A stretch of 63,893 bases of DNA, filler included, from Intoshia linei (taxonomy: Eukaryota > Animalia > Orthonectida), in assembly GCA_001642005.1 (NCBI GenBank). It is 9 parts of 9 records of this genome, joined end to end, with 100 filler letters (N's around TTAATTAATTAA, not from the genome) between each part and the next. Parts side by side here need not be neighbours in the genome. Positions count along the whole stretch, not along the records: positions 1 to 17,231 come from LWCA01000806.1; 8 more parts are not named here. The stretch is one strand, 5' to 3'. Shown piece after piece: positions 1-13,464 of this stretch (positions are counted from its first letter, which is position 1; every line of letters begins with the position of its first letter). The notes beneath the pieces were generated by a model. The model worked only from the letters and a program-made list of their open reading frames with translations, did no database searches and had not been told where the DNA came from. Position numbers and translations under genes: made by a program.

Positions 1-410
1 CCCTCTTTAGAGATCGAAGACCTCATCGTCAAGTCAAGACGCCATCTAAATACCGCAACTTCACACTTCCCTTGGAAGTATAGTAAACATATGTTCACTA
101 TAGATGGTATCCTTAGATTATTTAATTATTTGTTTTATCGTCTTGAATTAAAAATACTAAATCGTTTTTACACTCACATTTTATTACAGTAATTAAAAAT
201 TTTTACAATATATTTAAACTTGCAAAGCATGATAAATTATCATATGAATGTTTGAATTAACATTATTTATTGTAGCGAATATATTTTATATTCCAGACAC
301 ATTAATTTATTTTTCATTCGCAAGTCGTGATAATCATAATTTATTAATATTGAACATATTACATGTCATTAAATTGTATGTAATTTTAATAATATTATTA
401 TATAATTTAG

Positions 411-3400
411 TGCTGCTGATTTACAAGCATATTCACGTCAAAAAAAACATAAATCATATATAATCAAACCCGAAATGGGCAGTCAAGGAAAAGGAATATG
501 GATAACAAAAAATATAAAAGATATTAATCTTACAGAACATTGTATTTGTCAACAGTACATTAGCAAGGTGAAAAATTATGAAATTTTTTTAATGTGTAAA
601 ACAGACTTTTTCTATGATACCCACTCGGAAACGATATATTATATTAATATAATTATTTCTAAATATAATATACTAGTTTGGCAGTTTTGTACTACGTACA
701 AACAACACCTAGCTCTGCTGAGGGCACTCTTTTATACCAAAAAAATAAATTCATGTTGAAAATCTAACTTAAAAATCCTACTATTCACTATTATTAATCC
801 TTTAAAGGAGTGGTTCCAAATTTGTTTCAGGTGGAACCATCACATTACTTTTTAATTTAAAGTGAATTATACCATTTAATTTTGTTTTAACATTTGCGTA
901 AAGAATTTTAAAAAAAATTATTATCCCATTTTTTTAATTTATTAGACAGAATGTGTGTATAATATTAAAAATATTGTAAAAACAATCTAATCCTAAAAAT
1001 TGTCATAAATAGCATAAATTCCAGAAAAAATAAAATTATAAAAACCTATTTTGTCATTTTCAATGTGATGACATACAAATGTATATTTAGTACCAATTTA
1101 ATAAATACTTAAAAATACCAATTGTGTATCAATAATTAATTGAATCTTCACTTTATGAATATTTCAGTCACATTTCAGTTTTGACCCTGAAGATATAATT
1201 TTTTTAAATTCTCCAACTTGTTTGCTTTTTAAAAAGAGGGACAACAGGGGTTTTTGACCCTTAAGATGTGAAATTGGGAGGTTGAAATTTATCTTATTAT
1301 ACGGTTCGGAAAAAACTGTAATTAAAATGGAGTCTTTAAAAAATTCTAAGAGTGCTATTTATTTCAATAAAGTAGGACACACACAAACAAAAATCGCGTC
1401 GCATATTATATAAGTTAGGATTGCTGTTTTTACATTGTAAATTTAAAAGGCTCATTTTTATTCTCTGACGATGACAAAAAATTATATAAATATACATTTA
1501 AATTGATTTGTACATTAATTTTAAAAAAAATTAATTTTTTGAAACACGAACAACAAGAACAATGATAAAATTTGCGAACTATCGAAGCAGAAAAAAATAT
1601 AAAATAACCAAACACAATTTAAAATTAAATCAAATCTATAATAATGATCTCAAAAAATATGCCACGTTGAATTGGTGTATATTAAAGTTTTTTCTGTTTT
1701 TTGTATGCATTTGAATATATACAGCGAACCTACATATGTATTTGAAAATTTTGAATTTTATATACATTTAGCCATTATTGATTGATGACTTTAAATTTGA
1801 TCTACGCCTTTATGCCTTAGTAACATCATGCGACCCTTTGCGTATTTTTGTATTCAATGATGGACTAGGTCGATTTGCAACATGTAAATACTCAGAACCC
1901 TCCAATACCAACGTGGTAAAATTTTATATATTCATTTTTTTAAAAAAAATTAGGAAAATATTTTTATGCATTTGACAAACTATGCTATTAACAAACAAAA
2001 TTCAAATTTCGTTAGAGACGATGAAGAAGGGAGCAAACGGTACTTTAGTATTTAATTAGATACATGTGAAAATAAAATTAGACGAATTACTACAATCATG
2101 AAATATCTAAAAAACAAAGGGTATGACACGGATAAAATTTGGCAAAATATTTATGATGTTATAATCAAAACGCTAATAGCGGCTCAAGCAGTATTAAAAC
2201 ATAATTATAGAACATGTTTCCCAAATGTAAGTTGATAAAGTCCCATTTATAAAATTTTTTTAATGTCAATATTAGCATGTGAGAGGGAGTGCTTGTTTTG
2301 AAATATTAGGTTTTGATATTCTAATTGACAAAAAGCTGAAACCTTATTTATTAGAGGTAAGCCGTAAAAGTAAACAGTTTTTAAATGATTTTAGGTCAAC
2401 CACTCTCCAAGTTTTCACACCGATGCTAAATTAGATAAAGAAATCAAGGAAAGTCTTTTGTTTGATACATTAAGATTAAACAATTTTGCACTGTTGGACA
2501 AGAAAAAATGCGTTGAGGAAGATCGAAAACGAATCAAAGATAGATTATTTCAAAAGCACGTCAAAAAACAGGACAAGTAAATTAAATAATGAAATTATTT
2601 AAATTTCTGTTAAATCTAGAAATGAAATTGACATAGAAATGCAAAAATGGTACAATGACTTGGAAAAGTTTGAGAACGCATATTGCGGCAATTTCACAAG
2701 AATTTACCCAAAAAACAACGTAGAAAAATATGAATCATTTTTCTTGAATAATGTATCTCTATATCAAGAGACAGCTGCAACGAAAGCTAGATCAGAGTGT
2801 GCCAGGTTTTATTTCATCAACTTAAAATTTAATATTGACAGACAACAACGTGAAGAAATTATCAAAAAACAGAAACAATCAGATGCTGTATTTAACCGTT
2901 CCAGCAATAATTCCGTATTGATTAAGAAAAAATATGCGAGAGGTGAAAGTCCCTATTTTTTGGGGCAAACAAGCGTAAAAAAGAAACCTAGGAAAAGTTC
3001 ACAAAAGTCCACATCTCGGAGTAATAGTGAGCAAAGGAAAAATTACATAGTGTCGAATTGCAACAAAATGTTTGATATTAAAGGTAGCCAATAATTAATA
3101 TAATGTTAACCTTGTATTTAGACACTTTTAATCAACCAATCGATATTAACAAGCCCATGAACATTATAGAAAGTGAAGAATTGGAAAGAATCAATAATAT
3201 GCTTCAAAGAGATAATCTAGTGAGAAACATGGGAATCGTTGAACATGTCTATAAAATTTTACATTTGAGAAAAACTTATTATATGCGAAAAATCGGAGAA
3301 AAGAAAAATTTAAAAATTAATAATGTATAATAATAATAATTAATGTTTGCACAAATTTAGAAAACGGAATCTGCACCACAAAATCAAATATATGCCAATC

Positions 3401-3884
3401 ATTTCGTTAATTTAACCAACTCTTATGGAATTTTAAATGCTCAAAAAAAGGTATCTCGAAAATTTTATTTTTATAACATATTTAGACATCCAATGTAAAT
3501 TTAAAATTGGTATCTAATGATCAAAACGAATACACCGCAAAAGTAAAAAAATTATCAAACATGATATACAGCGATATAAATATTTTTTTACCCAAAAAAC
3601 AGCAAGGTTCAAATAGCAATATTTTAAAATTCAAAAATACGGAAAAGACAAAACTCATTACAACGAATGCCAACCAACCAAACCTTAATTTAGTTAAAAA
3701 TATTTCCAAACTTACCTTACCTAGTATTGCTAAATGTTCAATATTGCATCCATCCGCTCACTTTCCTTGTTCATCAAAATTACAAAAGTGTCTATCTATT
3801 GTATCAGCTGTAGCCGATTCAACTTCTTATGAAACTATGAGGGAATCAAATTCCAAAAATTATGAATACATCAATAAAATATGA
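411..3884 (+). CDS. TTLL6: Tubulin polyglutamylase TTLL6/TTLL13 family, multi-exon, 5' end not in window
   Basis: Spliced exons 411-567, 1772-1915, 1954-2039, 2082-2226, 2276-2356, 2395-2576 and later ones give [69 protein letters not shown], all characteristic of TTLL6/13. Introns are GT-AG, mostly 36-49 nt. Stop at 3884. Confidence 0.92.
670..850. repeat. Dispersed repeat, 3 copies
   Basis: GTACTACGTACAAAC...CCTTTAAAGGAGTGGTTCCAAA...CAGGTGGAACCATCA recurs inverted at about 25750-25930 and 62490-62670. Confidence 0.8.
1170..1421 (+). repeat. Abundant dispersed repeat with internal TTTTGACC(C/G)TGAAG subrepeats and an (AC)n-...GCATATTATATAAGTTAGGAT end; Helitron/DINE-like
   Basis: Copies at about 8205-8720 (-), 12780-13150, 18760-18980, 24983-25470 (-), 42975-43417, 51190-52131 and 52850-53138. 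The end motif with a CA microsatellite resembles non-autonomous Helitron families; that classification is inference. Confidence 0.65.
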
Positions 3885-4054
3885 CTTGTACAGAAATCGA
3901 TCGACAGTTTATTTTTTAAATCAAACATATATTTCTTAAATAAACTTTAGTAAACGTATTTAATAGAATTTTTACAATAAATGGTTACAATTGTAATTTA
4001 GAAAAACAATCATTATTAAATAGGTGTAGCGGAACACGAAAGAAGGAAAATGAT

Positions 4055-6046
4055 CTATTTATACGAAACTTGGTCATTTGACGAAACATCCATCATAATT
4101 CTACGTTGAATTTCGTTTAATTGCTGAGCATCAGTCATGTTTGGCAAGGAGTTATCAAAATATTGCCTAGAGGCCATTGCAGCAGCAGCCAATGCAATTT
4201 GGTTGACTTGATCCATTGAGCCAAACTGCATATTTTGTAAATTTAATTGATTTTTGAGAGCGTCTTCGTTGTTCATTTGACTAACAAACGGTGTAATGGA
4301 ATTCAAAATAGATTGCATATTGGGTGTAGTGGTTTTTGCATTCAATGTCATTTGTTTCTCAAATTCTCGTTCCTTTTTTACAGATTCCTCGAAAACGGTT
4401 ATGACAACATCACTGTTTACCTTTTTTTCATACAATCTACGACTTTCAGTATAACAAACATAACAAATTGACTTTATGTCATGTTGAATTTGGCTATTAC
4501 AATTTTCTAATTTCAATTCTTGTTTTATAGTATCAGAATTTGAATCATTTAAATGTTGTATAATATCAGCGTTATCATTCAATTTATCTGGACCGATATT
4601 TTCAATTCCATTTTCCACTTTATCAACAATTTCATTCATCACATTTTTTGTTTGTTCCTCTTCTTTGTCGCAATTCAAAGGATTAAAAAATGTGAGTGTT
4701 TCATCATCCAACTCTCTCCAAGTAGGTGATTGATAACTATTGCTAAATTATAAAGTTAAATATTGATTATACACGATGTTATAATTGTGTTTTTACAATG
4801 AAAATTTTAAAATAGGCCAATCTCAAAATATTACTATCAATAAAATAAAAAATTGTTTAGAAACACGTTTGATTAAAATGACAAATAAACTGGGTCATTT
4901 GTAAATATTTTTTAATGAAAACCAGAATTACCAAATGTGACAGTGATTTGGAGTTTCCCTCTCAGCAACATTTTCAGGATCAATAGGAGCTTTCATATTA
5001 AATAACATACGTCTAACAACAATTTCTAACCCTAGTGTTAAATTGAAAGACATATCGTTAGGATTAGGAATAAAACTAATGGGTGTCTTTTTGACTATAG
5101 GTTCTGGTATTTGCATGAATTTCCTCTCCATGTCGTTAGCAGCCATAACGGCAGGAGTCATGGAAGAATCCATATGATTCATATCGCTAAGAGAATTAAA
5201 CAATTGGCTTCTATCCCGGCTTTGGAATCTAGACACGGAGTCATTGCGTCGTACCTTCTTGGATTTCTTAGGTTTTAGCTTGTTGGGCATTTCTGAAAAA
5301 CGTTTCAATGTTTCTAGAGCTTCCTGAGAAATACCTCTTGGGTCCTTTTGGTTTCTCAGGTCCATTGGAGCTTGTTGGTCAAATATTTTAAAATTTTTTC
5401 CATACGTTTTATTTAAGTTTAGATAACTACCAATGTTATTAGATTGAGGTTGTTTCTTATGAATGCGACGAAGTAATACTAAATATGCTTCCTCGCGGTG
5501 AACTTCTTCAATCATTGTCGTTGCCAATTCATTAAACTTTTCTTCGCTGATGCATTCCGCTGGATTCACTAACTGGTTGTTTTCAATTTTTGGAATAGCT
5601 AGATTCACGTCTGCGACGCTAATTTTATCATACGGTGAAAGAAACTGACTTGGGTTAGACAGCTGATTCAATCTAAAAACGAGTCAAAAGATTAATTGCT
5701 AATAATACCTGCTAATTTTGTATCTCTTCTTGAAAGCGTCTAACCAGCCATTGGAAGCTTTAAATTCAGAAAGACCAATGCTTTTAGCTAAAATAAAAGC
5801 AGCTTCTTGAATTTCATTCCCCTTGATAGAATCGCCGCTTTTGGCAGCACGGTCTTCAATCCATTTCCAAATCAGACTGTTAAGCATGTCTGTACAAATT
5901 TTTCTAATTTTTGATGGATTTTCACTATTTTCATAGTTTGATTTTTCATTGATAGTTTCAACAACTTTTCGTTTTAATGAGTTGGAAAATTGTTGAAAAG
6001 TGTTACTTTCTTCCAAATTAGACATAATATTGTTCATTGATATCAT
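4055..6046 (-). CDS. GATAD2/p66 (Simjang)-like NuRD subunit with an N-terminal CENP-B-type HTH
   Basis: Three exons 6046-5709, 5672-4932, 4742-4055 join in frame through GT-AG introns of 36 and 189 nt. EEVHREEAYLVLLRRI resembles p66 CR1; FIPNPNDMSFNLTLGLEIVV, CHICNSYQSPTWR...CYVC and the following coiled coil resemble p66 CR2. Exon 1 contains FKASNGWLDAFKKRY (CENP-B/Tc5 HTH). Confidence 0.75.
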
Positions 6047-6677
6047 CTAGAATAAAATAAATTGAAATGCCGAAAAATAAAATACATTTAGAAACTGCAC
6101 AAACAATAATGTCAGATGTACAAAATTTTACAAATTGTATAAATTATGAAAACTAAAATTCATGTCAGAATGCAAACCTCAAACAAACAATGCAAGATAA
6201 AAATGTAGCCATAGCATAATTTCAGGACACAGTTTGTTAAGTAACAGAAATTTAAAATTATAAAATTTAAATGTTGCTAATGAGATACGTCAAGATTAAA
6301 CAATCCTCCAAATTCTGAAGGACAATAAAATTAAAAGTATCAAACTATAATTGCATATGGACGAATTATAGTCAACTGCACTGTTTAAATATTACAAACA
6401 CATTTGCAAAATTACCGTTTGGTATTGGATTTTTGCGAATTATTTAAATTTAAATTTCACTGAAACAGCATCCACGTAAACAATTTGAATAAACAAGATA
6501 TTTCTACCGACTGAGTCTCATTTACAAAGACTGCCTAGCTACGCATATTTTAATATTGTCAACAACAGGTTGCATCAAAACGCACATAATCAGTTGTATC
6601 GAGAACACTTGTATTGCTAGTACGCACGAATAAGACTGAAAAAGTTTTTCAATTTATTACAATTATGATATTTATAT

Positions 6678-9600
6678 TCATTTTTTATCATTCTTTCGCA
6701 TATTGCTCAATATTTTCTCCAATTTGTTTTTTTCATATTCGTAACGTTCAGCTAATTTTTCTTCAGGTTTTTGTACTTCCAAGGTCTTTTTTTCCTGAAA
6801 TTATTGATAATCAAAAAATTTATAACACTAACCTTCATTCTGATTCTCAAATTTGGAGATAATTTCAAACATGATATATGGCCTCTAAAATAAATTATTT
6901 CATTTTTATTTTTTCCCACCTGTCATCTCCGACAATAATTATGGGATATACTGGGTTAAACGAAATCTTGGTGAGTTTTGTCTTTTTCTTTGTAGTAATG
7001 GTTTGCTTGCAAATGTAATCGTACTTGTTTACGGCAATATCGTATACTATGGCCTAAATTTACATTATTTTAAAATAGTGTTGTTTTACCACGCCCTCTA
7101 TTGTGACAGCTGCAAATACTGTGGATGAGTATGGAGCCCAACATACATCTTCTACCGAAGCGCCAACATCGAAGGTGAATAAAGGTTCACTAAAATTATT
7201 TTTATCTAATTATTCATGCAAATTTTTATTGATTATTTTATCTATAAAATATACTCATCAGTCGAGTTTTGGTTCCAAATGCAAATTGTCCAGTCTGCAC
7301 TACATGTAATGAACAAATCTGTGTTGTATTTGTTCCATGTTACTCGATAAATCGTCATTGTGTGGGCGTTAAATATCTTTAAAAATCTGCTAGAGTATAA
7401 TTTGCAACATAGATACAATTTTCCTTTTCTCGAACCCACAATATACTTGTAATCTTTTTGAGGGTGAAAGTCAAATGTGAATCCGCCATCTAGAATTTAC
7501 GTTAAATCTGCTATTTAAGAATATTTTATAGTAACAATATTTTACTATATTTCGTTTTATTCTGCGAGATATTTATACGAAACCAGTTGACACATTTTTT
7601 ATAGTACAATTTATGATAACTTTTTTTTAGGTTTATGGAATTAGATATTTTTTATATTTTAAAAAAATGAAAGTGAAAATGGATATATAGTAGGTTTATC
7701 GTTTTATTTATATTGGTAGTAGTCTAAGTTAAATAGTTGATTTCAAAATTATAATATCTAATTTGATATAACGGTATTTTAACCCAATATTGATTAAAAA
7801 ATATATATTCTGGAGATAGATTCGAATTTTATAATAGAAATGAATGAATTTATTAATACAAATACCACAAACATTTATGGTGTATCCATTTATTTAGAAA
7901 AGTTTTTTCAAAAAATGTAAACTTATAAAACAAGAAAAGTGCGATGTTACGAAAACCAAATTATTTTATTTTTGTGTAAACACATACCCTGTTAATTGAA
8001 AATGTATAATAAAGTTTAATGTAAAATGTTTTCACCCATATTTTAGTTGTCTAATTCAGTATTCTCCGAGGCGGGTGGGACAATAAATTGAAATTTTATT
8101 AGTGCAAATTATTGCAAGCTTTAAAATTGAGTCAAAAAACGCATTTGGATGTTCAAAGTAACCCAAATTTGCGTATTGTCAGAACTTTGACAAAATCCTT
8201 AATAAGGACTATTTATATAATATACTTTGTTTTTCTGTGTGTGTGTTATCGTTTATTTCAATAACTACCAGTCTTATAATTTTATAAAGTCCACATTTCT
8301 ATTACTATTATAATTTTTTATTAGTTTTTTCCGGGTGTTAGTAAGCTAAATTTCATCCTCCCAAACTTACATCTTACTGGTCAAAAATCCCGATTGTCCT
8401 TTTTTTGAAAATCAAACGAGTTCGAGAATTTAAAAAAATATACACTCTGATACGGATTTTAAAATCATAAATTTAAATTTAAAAAAATATATCTTCAGTG
8501 CCAAAACCACAAATTACCTTTTTTTAATGAAAACAGCCCTAGAATTTAAAAAAAATTATAGGTGATACAGTTGAGTTCTGTTAACACACAAAAAAATTTC
8601 AATCTGAATAAGTGACGCCTTCACGGTCAAAAAAGCACTTTAATATTCATATATTTTTTTTCCAAAATATTTTAATATCAAAACAAAAATTTTAACAAAA
8701 AATGTCAAATAATTAACGGTCCGCAGATTTTAATTTCCCATCGAGGTGTTTTTGCTAATATTTAAATCTTTAATTTAAATAATTTTTCTTATGTTAATGT
8801 CAATTTTTATGGCGGCAAGTAGTGACTGTGCCTGACAATAAAACCGATACAAAACTAATGAAATAATAAGAAATATATTTTAAAAATATTTGTATTTACC
8901 CGGAACTTCCAAAAAAATTATATATTCCATTACTATGACATATAATTTTGATTATGCTCGTAGAACAGTGATTCTCAACGTCCTCATAGAGCTTTAATAT
9001 ATTATTTAAAATATAAATAAAGGATTAAAATTAAGGTATATTCGTTAATATAAAATTTCTTCCGCTAACCGGTATTTGGGAAACGTTGGTTTATGGTGGC
9101 CCATAGAAATTTTTAGAATTAAATATGTCAACAACGAAAAAAAGATTGAGAAACACTGCTGTAGAGTGAATAAACTAAACCTCACGGGTTATAAGTTTTC
9201 GACTTATACAGAGCACAACCTACTCAACTCGAGGCCACCTACGAAAATAAAAATAGGCCCCTAAAAATTTGTTTCGAAAACTATGCGTTATCATATTGCC
9301 CCTAGCCAACTCTTTAAGGCTCTCGACTTCAAGTTTTAAAACTAACACACAAAATACTTATGATATTCAAGAATATAATTTTTTAATAAATCTCGGAGTA
9401 CGATAGGTTTGGCATTGAACTTTTGCGGTGCAGTGCCTCTTTGATGTCAAGTCTTTGTTGACATTTACAACAAAACAATATACAATTTATCTTAAATCTA
9501 TTTATAAATAAATTTATATGCCGACAGTTAATGATGGACAAAACTTAAATGACACTATTCGTAACCCTTTGTTGATAAAATGTGTTGTCATCTTAAAAAA

Positions 9601-12088
9601 TTTAAAATTTAAATAGTTCAATCCATTTGAAATCATATCTCTAATATTTATTTTGCAGGAACAATTAAAAGAATAATATTACCCCTAATATCAATTTTCT
9701 TTTCACTCTTGATAGTTTTTTCTTCCTGTGGTTCATTAATGGGCAATTGAATAACATCTCTGTATTCAATTTCATCCTTAATCATCACCCATTTGCTGAC
9801 ACGACTATCTGATGAAACGGAATAAAAGTTTAAGTTAGTAGCATTATTATCATTAGTCCATCTTACTTCCCAAACTGGGTCAGAATGTTTACCGTTAGTA
9901 GCTGAAGACTTGTACAAAAAGTTTTCATTTAATTTTGTTACATCAATAACACCTACGGTACCGTCCGCCATACCCAAAACCACCAAACTATGATTTTCTG
10001 GATGTATATTGAAAGACATTATTCCAACGTTTGTTTCAAAGGTGTAATCCGGATATGATGGATTTTTTAATGAAAAAAACATAAACATTCCTTTGGTGTC
10101 TTTACGAAATTCAACTAAATTGAAAAATTATTATGTGAAATATCTAAAATAATAATACAGAATTTTAACAAATAGTTTCTTAATTGTGAACACTATTATT
10201 GAGATAAAATAAATGGATGATTTAAATTTCTTACATGATCCAAATGAAGCGCCAAACAAATCATTGTAAACTGGATGCCATTGAATTGAAGTAACCACCA
10301 TTTTTTTTGATTTTTCAGACATAAATTTCCATAAGGGTAATAATGAACCTTGTTTATCTCGATATTCATCTGACACATCTTCCCAGTATTTAAAGTCTAA
10401 AAATATAAATATAATGCAAAACTATTTTTTACATTTTGCACCCTTTCAAATTATTAAAACAGACTGGTATATATAGTTTTAAGATTAATATAAAGTTTAG
10501 TACCCATTGTAACATCATCATATGTGTTTTGATTAACCATTCTCTCAGTTATTGTTGCCGCTTTTGCAACTTTTCCTATATCTTCACTCTAAAAAGATTT
10601 ATATTAAAAAGGTTGCGTATTTAAATCATGCAAAACAATAAATTAAATTAGTTTTATTATAAAATATATTATATAGTAAATATTTTATATGCTAATTTAA
10701 CACATGCATCATACCAAAAATGAATAATTCTAAAATTTTAATTAGATAAAAAATAGATATAACTCATTATTTCAATATAATATCATATATTACTTGATTG
10801 TCGTTATAGTTTTTTTTTACGTCATTGGTTTTTTTTGGAATTTTTTCCTTTTTTTCTTTAGTTTTTTTCTATTATGTTTAAATATTATTTATTGATTCTT
10901 ATTTTATGTATACCTGCTTCATAAAATCTTTCTCATAAGCATCGAAAATATTTGCTTGGTTTACGGTGTCCGCTATTACGGTTTTGGCTGGTTGTTGAGT
11001 TTGTGATCCATGTTCCTAGAATTTTATTTTATAATATCAATGTAATGTTAATAATAAATAAGATTTAACTGCATATTATTTTTATTACTCGTAGTGGATT
11101 GTTATATGTTTGAGAAGCACGATCATTGTAGTTAAACTGATTATGGATCTTTTTTGTTCCATCATAATCTGCTGTTTCAGTAGTCTGCCCCTAGTTATTG
11201 AATATTAAAATACATTTATTTTAATTTACATTATCGGCTTTGACGACATTGTTAGCTTCTAGAAAATATAATAATTATGATATAACGATTTATTATGTAA
11301 TAATTTATTAATATTTGGATAATCAAAAATTACCACTTTGTCTTTCATTATATTTCAGCTGATCTTGACCTTCTTCAGTCGATTTAAAAAGTAAGTGTCC
11401 GCACATTGAAAAATTATGAGCAATTTGATCAATATTTTGAATTAGTATATATTTTTGTTCCTTTTTAATGGATATAATAAATAAATCATTATTTATAAAA
11501 TATGTTATGTAAAATTGAAATAAAAAAAATTAATAAAATTGGAATAATTTATCTCATTTTATTGCATTGATAATTATAATCATTGTGTTCATATAAAGGA
11601 TTTACCTTATAATTGTATTGAACCAGATTTTTCGGTGCATGGGGATTATTAGCCGTTAAAATTCTAGTATGTTCTTCTTTTAGTTCCTAATAATGTATAC
11701 ATTTAAGTAAAAAGTAAATTTATTATGATGGTTAGATATTGCCATCAAATATGAAACTTAAAATATTGTGTAGTATACATAGTATTAATATACTTTTTCT
11801 GTTAATTGCAATTGATTCATAGGCTTTTCAATTGTATTTCGTCCCTAGTTAATAAAATATTTTGAATTTAACGCTAATTTAAATATTTTACATGAATCCA
11901 CCCATCTTCCGTAGCTTCCAGAGTACTCATATCATCATCGTCCTGTATAATTATATTATAAACTATATAACAAATTTTTACTCTTCTATAAGATTTTTTT
12001 CTTTCAGATGCAATCTACAATTATTCGTGATGTATCAACAAAAATAATAAAATACCCCTCCAACTAATTTTCTGCCTTGTTTCACCAT
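6678..12088 (-). CDS. DNAI1: Axonemal dynein intermediate chain 1 (WD40), multi-exon
   Basis: ATG at 12088 ([11 protein letters not shown]). Exons give [87 protein letters not shown]. Stop TGA at 6680-6678. Confidence 0.93.
8966..9158. mobile_element. hAT-like MITE in DNAI1 intron
   Basis: CAGTGATTCTCAA ... TTGAGAAACACTG with GTAGA-containing flanks. Confidence 0.6.
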
Positions 12089-12216
12089 ATTTATATGTAA
12101 CAAATTTTAATGTTTACGTTTCTTATTGGAAACTATCGGTTTAGGTTTGTTATAAATAGTAATGATTAGTTACGATAATAATTTAAAATTTAATTATTTA
12201 TTATTATTTTTACATT

Positions 12217-12477
12217 TTACATAATAGCGCACACATTACATGGACATTTTCTTTTGTGATACTTTTTATCCAATAGTTCAAAATCCATATCATCTTTTAC
12301 TGGAAAATCTATGAGTCGACCACTTTTTTTCTTTTCACTGATATAAATTTTAGTTTTATTTTTTTGTAAAATAATTCAAGATAAACCTCTTCAAATCTGA
12401 AATCTAAGATTCAATTAAATTAATGATTTTTATAAATTTACCAGCAAACTATCTTTTAATGTTTCAACAGGTTTCAT
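12217..12477 (-). CDS. Small 57-aa protein with C-terminal CaaX box (not in ORF track)
   Basis: Exons 12477-12442, 12403-12387, 12337-12217 with GT-AG introns of 38 and 49 nt give MKPVETLKDSLLISDLKSEKKKSGRLIDFPVKDDMDFELLDKKYHKRKCPCNVCAIM*. Confidence 0.7.
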
Positions 12478-13464
12478 TAATTTATATTAATATCAATTGA
12501 TTTTTTATAAAAATAGACATATTGATAAATAAAAATAAAAATGCAAATTAATATAATGTATGCATCTCCAGAACTATATTGATTTTTAGAAGCATGTAAA
12601 TGTATATATCCCATTGTAATTGAAATTTATTACTACATTTTGCTAAAATAAGCAAATATGTTACATGTCTTTATATTTTCATGATAATGAATATAATATA
12701 AACTAAATTTAAATTTATTCTCAAACTTTGTCATTCTTTATTTATTTTAAAACTAGTTTACTAGTACAAGGGTTGTTTTTATTTTTAAAAAAAAGTGCTA
12801 ATCTGGGTTTTTGACCGTGAAAATTACCTTTTTTAAAGGTTACCATTTATGATAATGCTTATGAATTTAAAAACCATTCCAGAATTTATGTTGTATACAA
12901 TTATAAGACTTTCTTAATAATTACAAAAAAGGGTAATGTAGTGTTTTGGTCGTGAAGATATAAGATTTTCAAATTGAAAATGATCATAATATTAATGAAT
13001 TTAAAACTTTTTATTAGAATGTGTAATTTTTATAATTCTAGGACTGGTTGAATTTAAAAACAAAGGACAATTGTGATTTTTAACCTTGAAGGACTCCATT
13101 TCTGAAATTGAAATTTGCGATAAAACGTCACTTTGGAAAAACTGTTAAAGAATATGGATATTGTAAACCTCGACTCCCCTTACTTTCTTAATTAAACTGG
13201 AACAAATGAATAAGTATATGTAAACAGACATGTTTCGTATATTAGTAAATACGTAATTTACATTTATTTTTTGTATACTAAAATTTTTCATCATAAAAAA
13301 AGTTTCAATAAAAAATAATAAAATATTTAAAGTGGTGGTTTAAATGTTCAAAATTTAAAATTAGCAATTTCAATAAAACCCTCCCTGGCGATTACCGACG
13401 TAAAAATATATTAAAATAATTAAAATGCAACTTTATTTAAAAAGTAATTTGATATTAAAATTAA

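Noticed and set aside
1-83. RDRRPHRQVKTPSKYRNF frame resembling an LTR retrotransposon integrase tail
   Set aside because: Too short and at the window edge to support a call.
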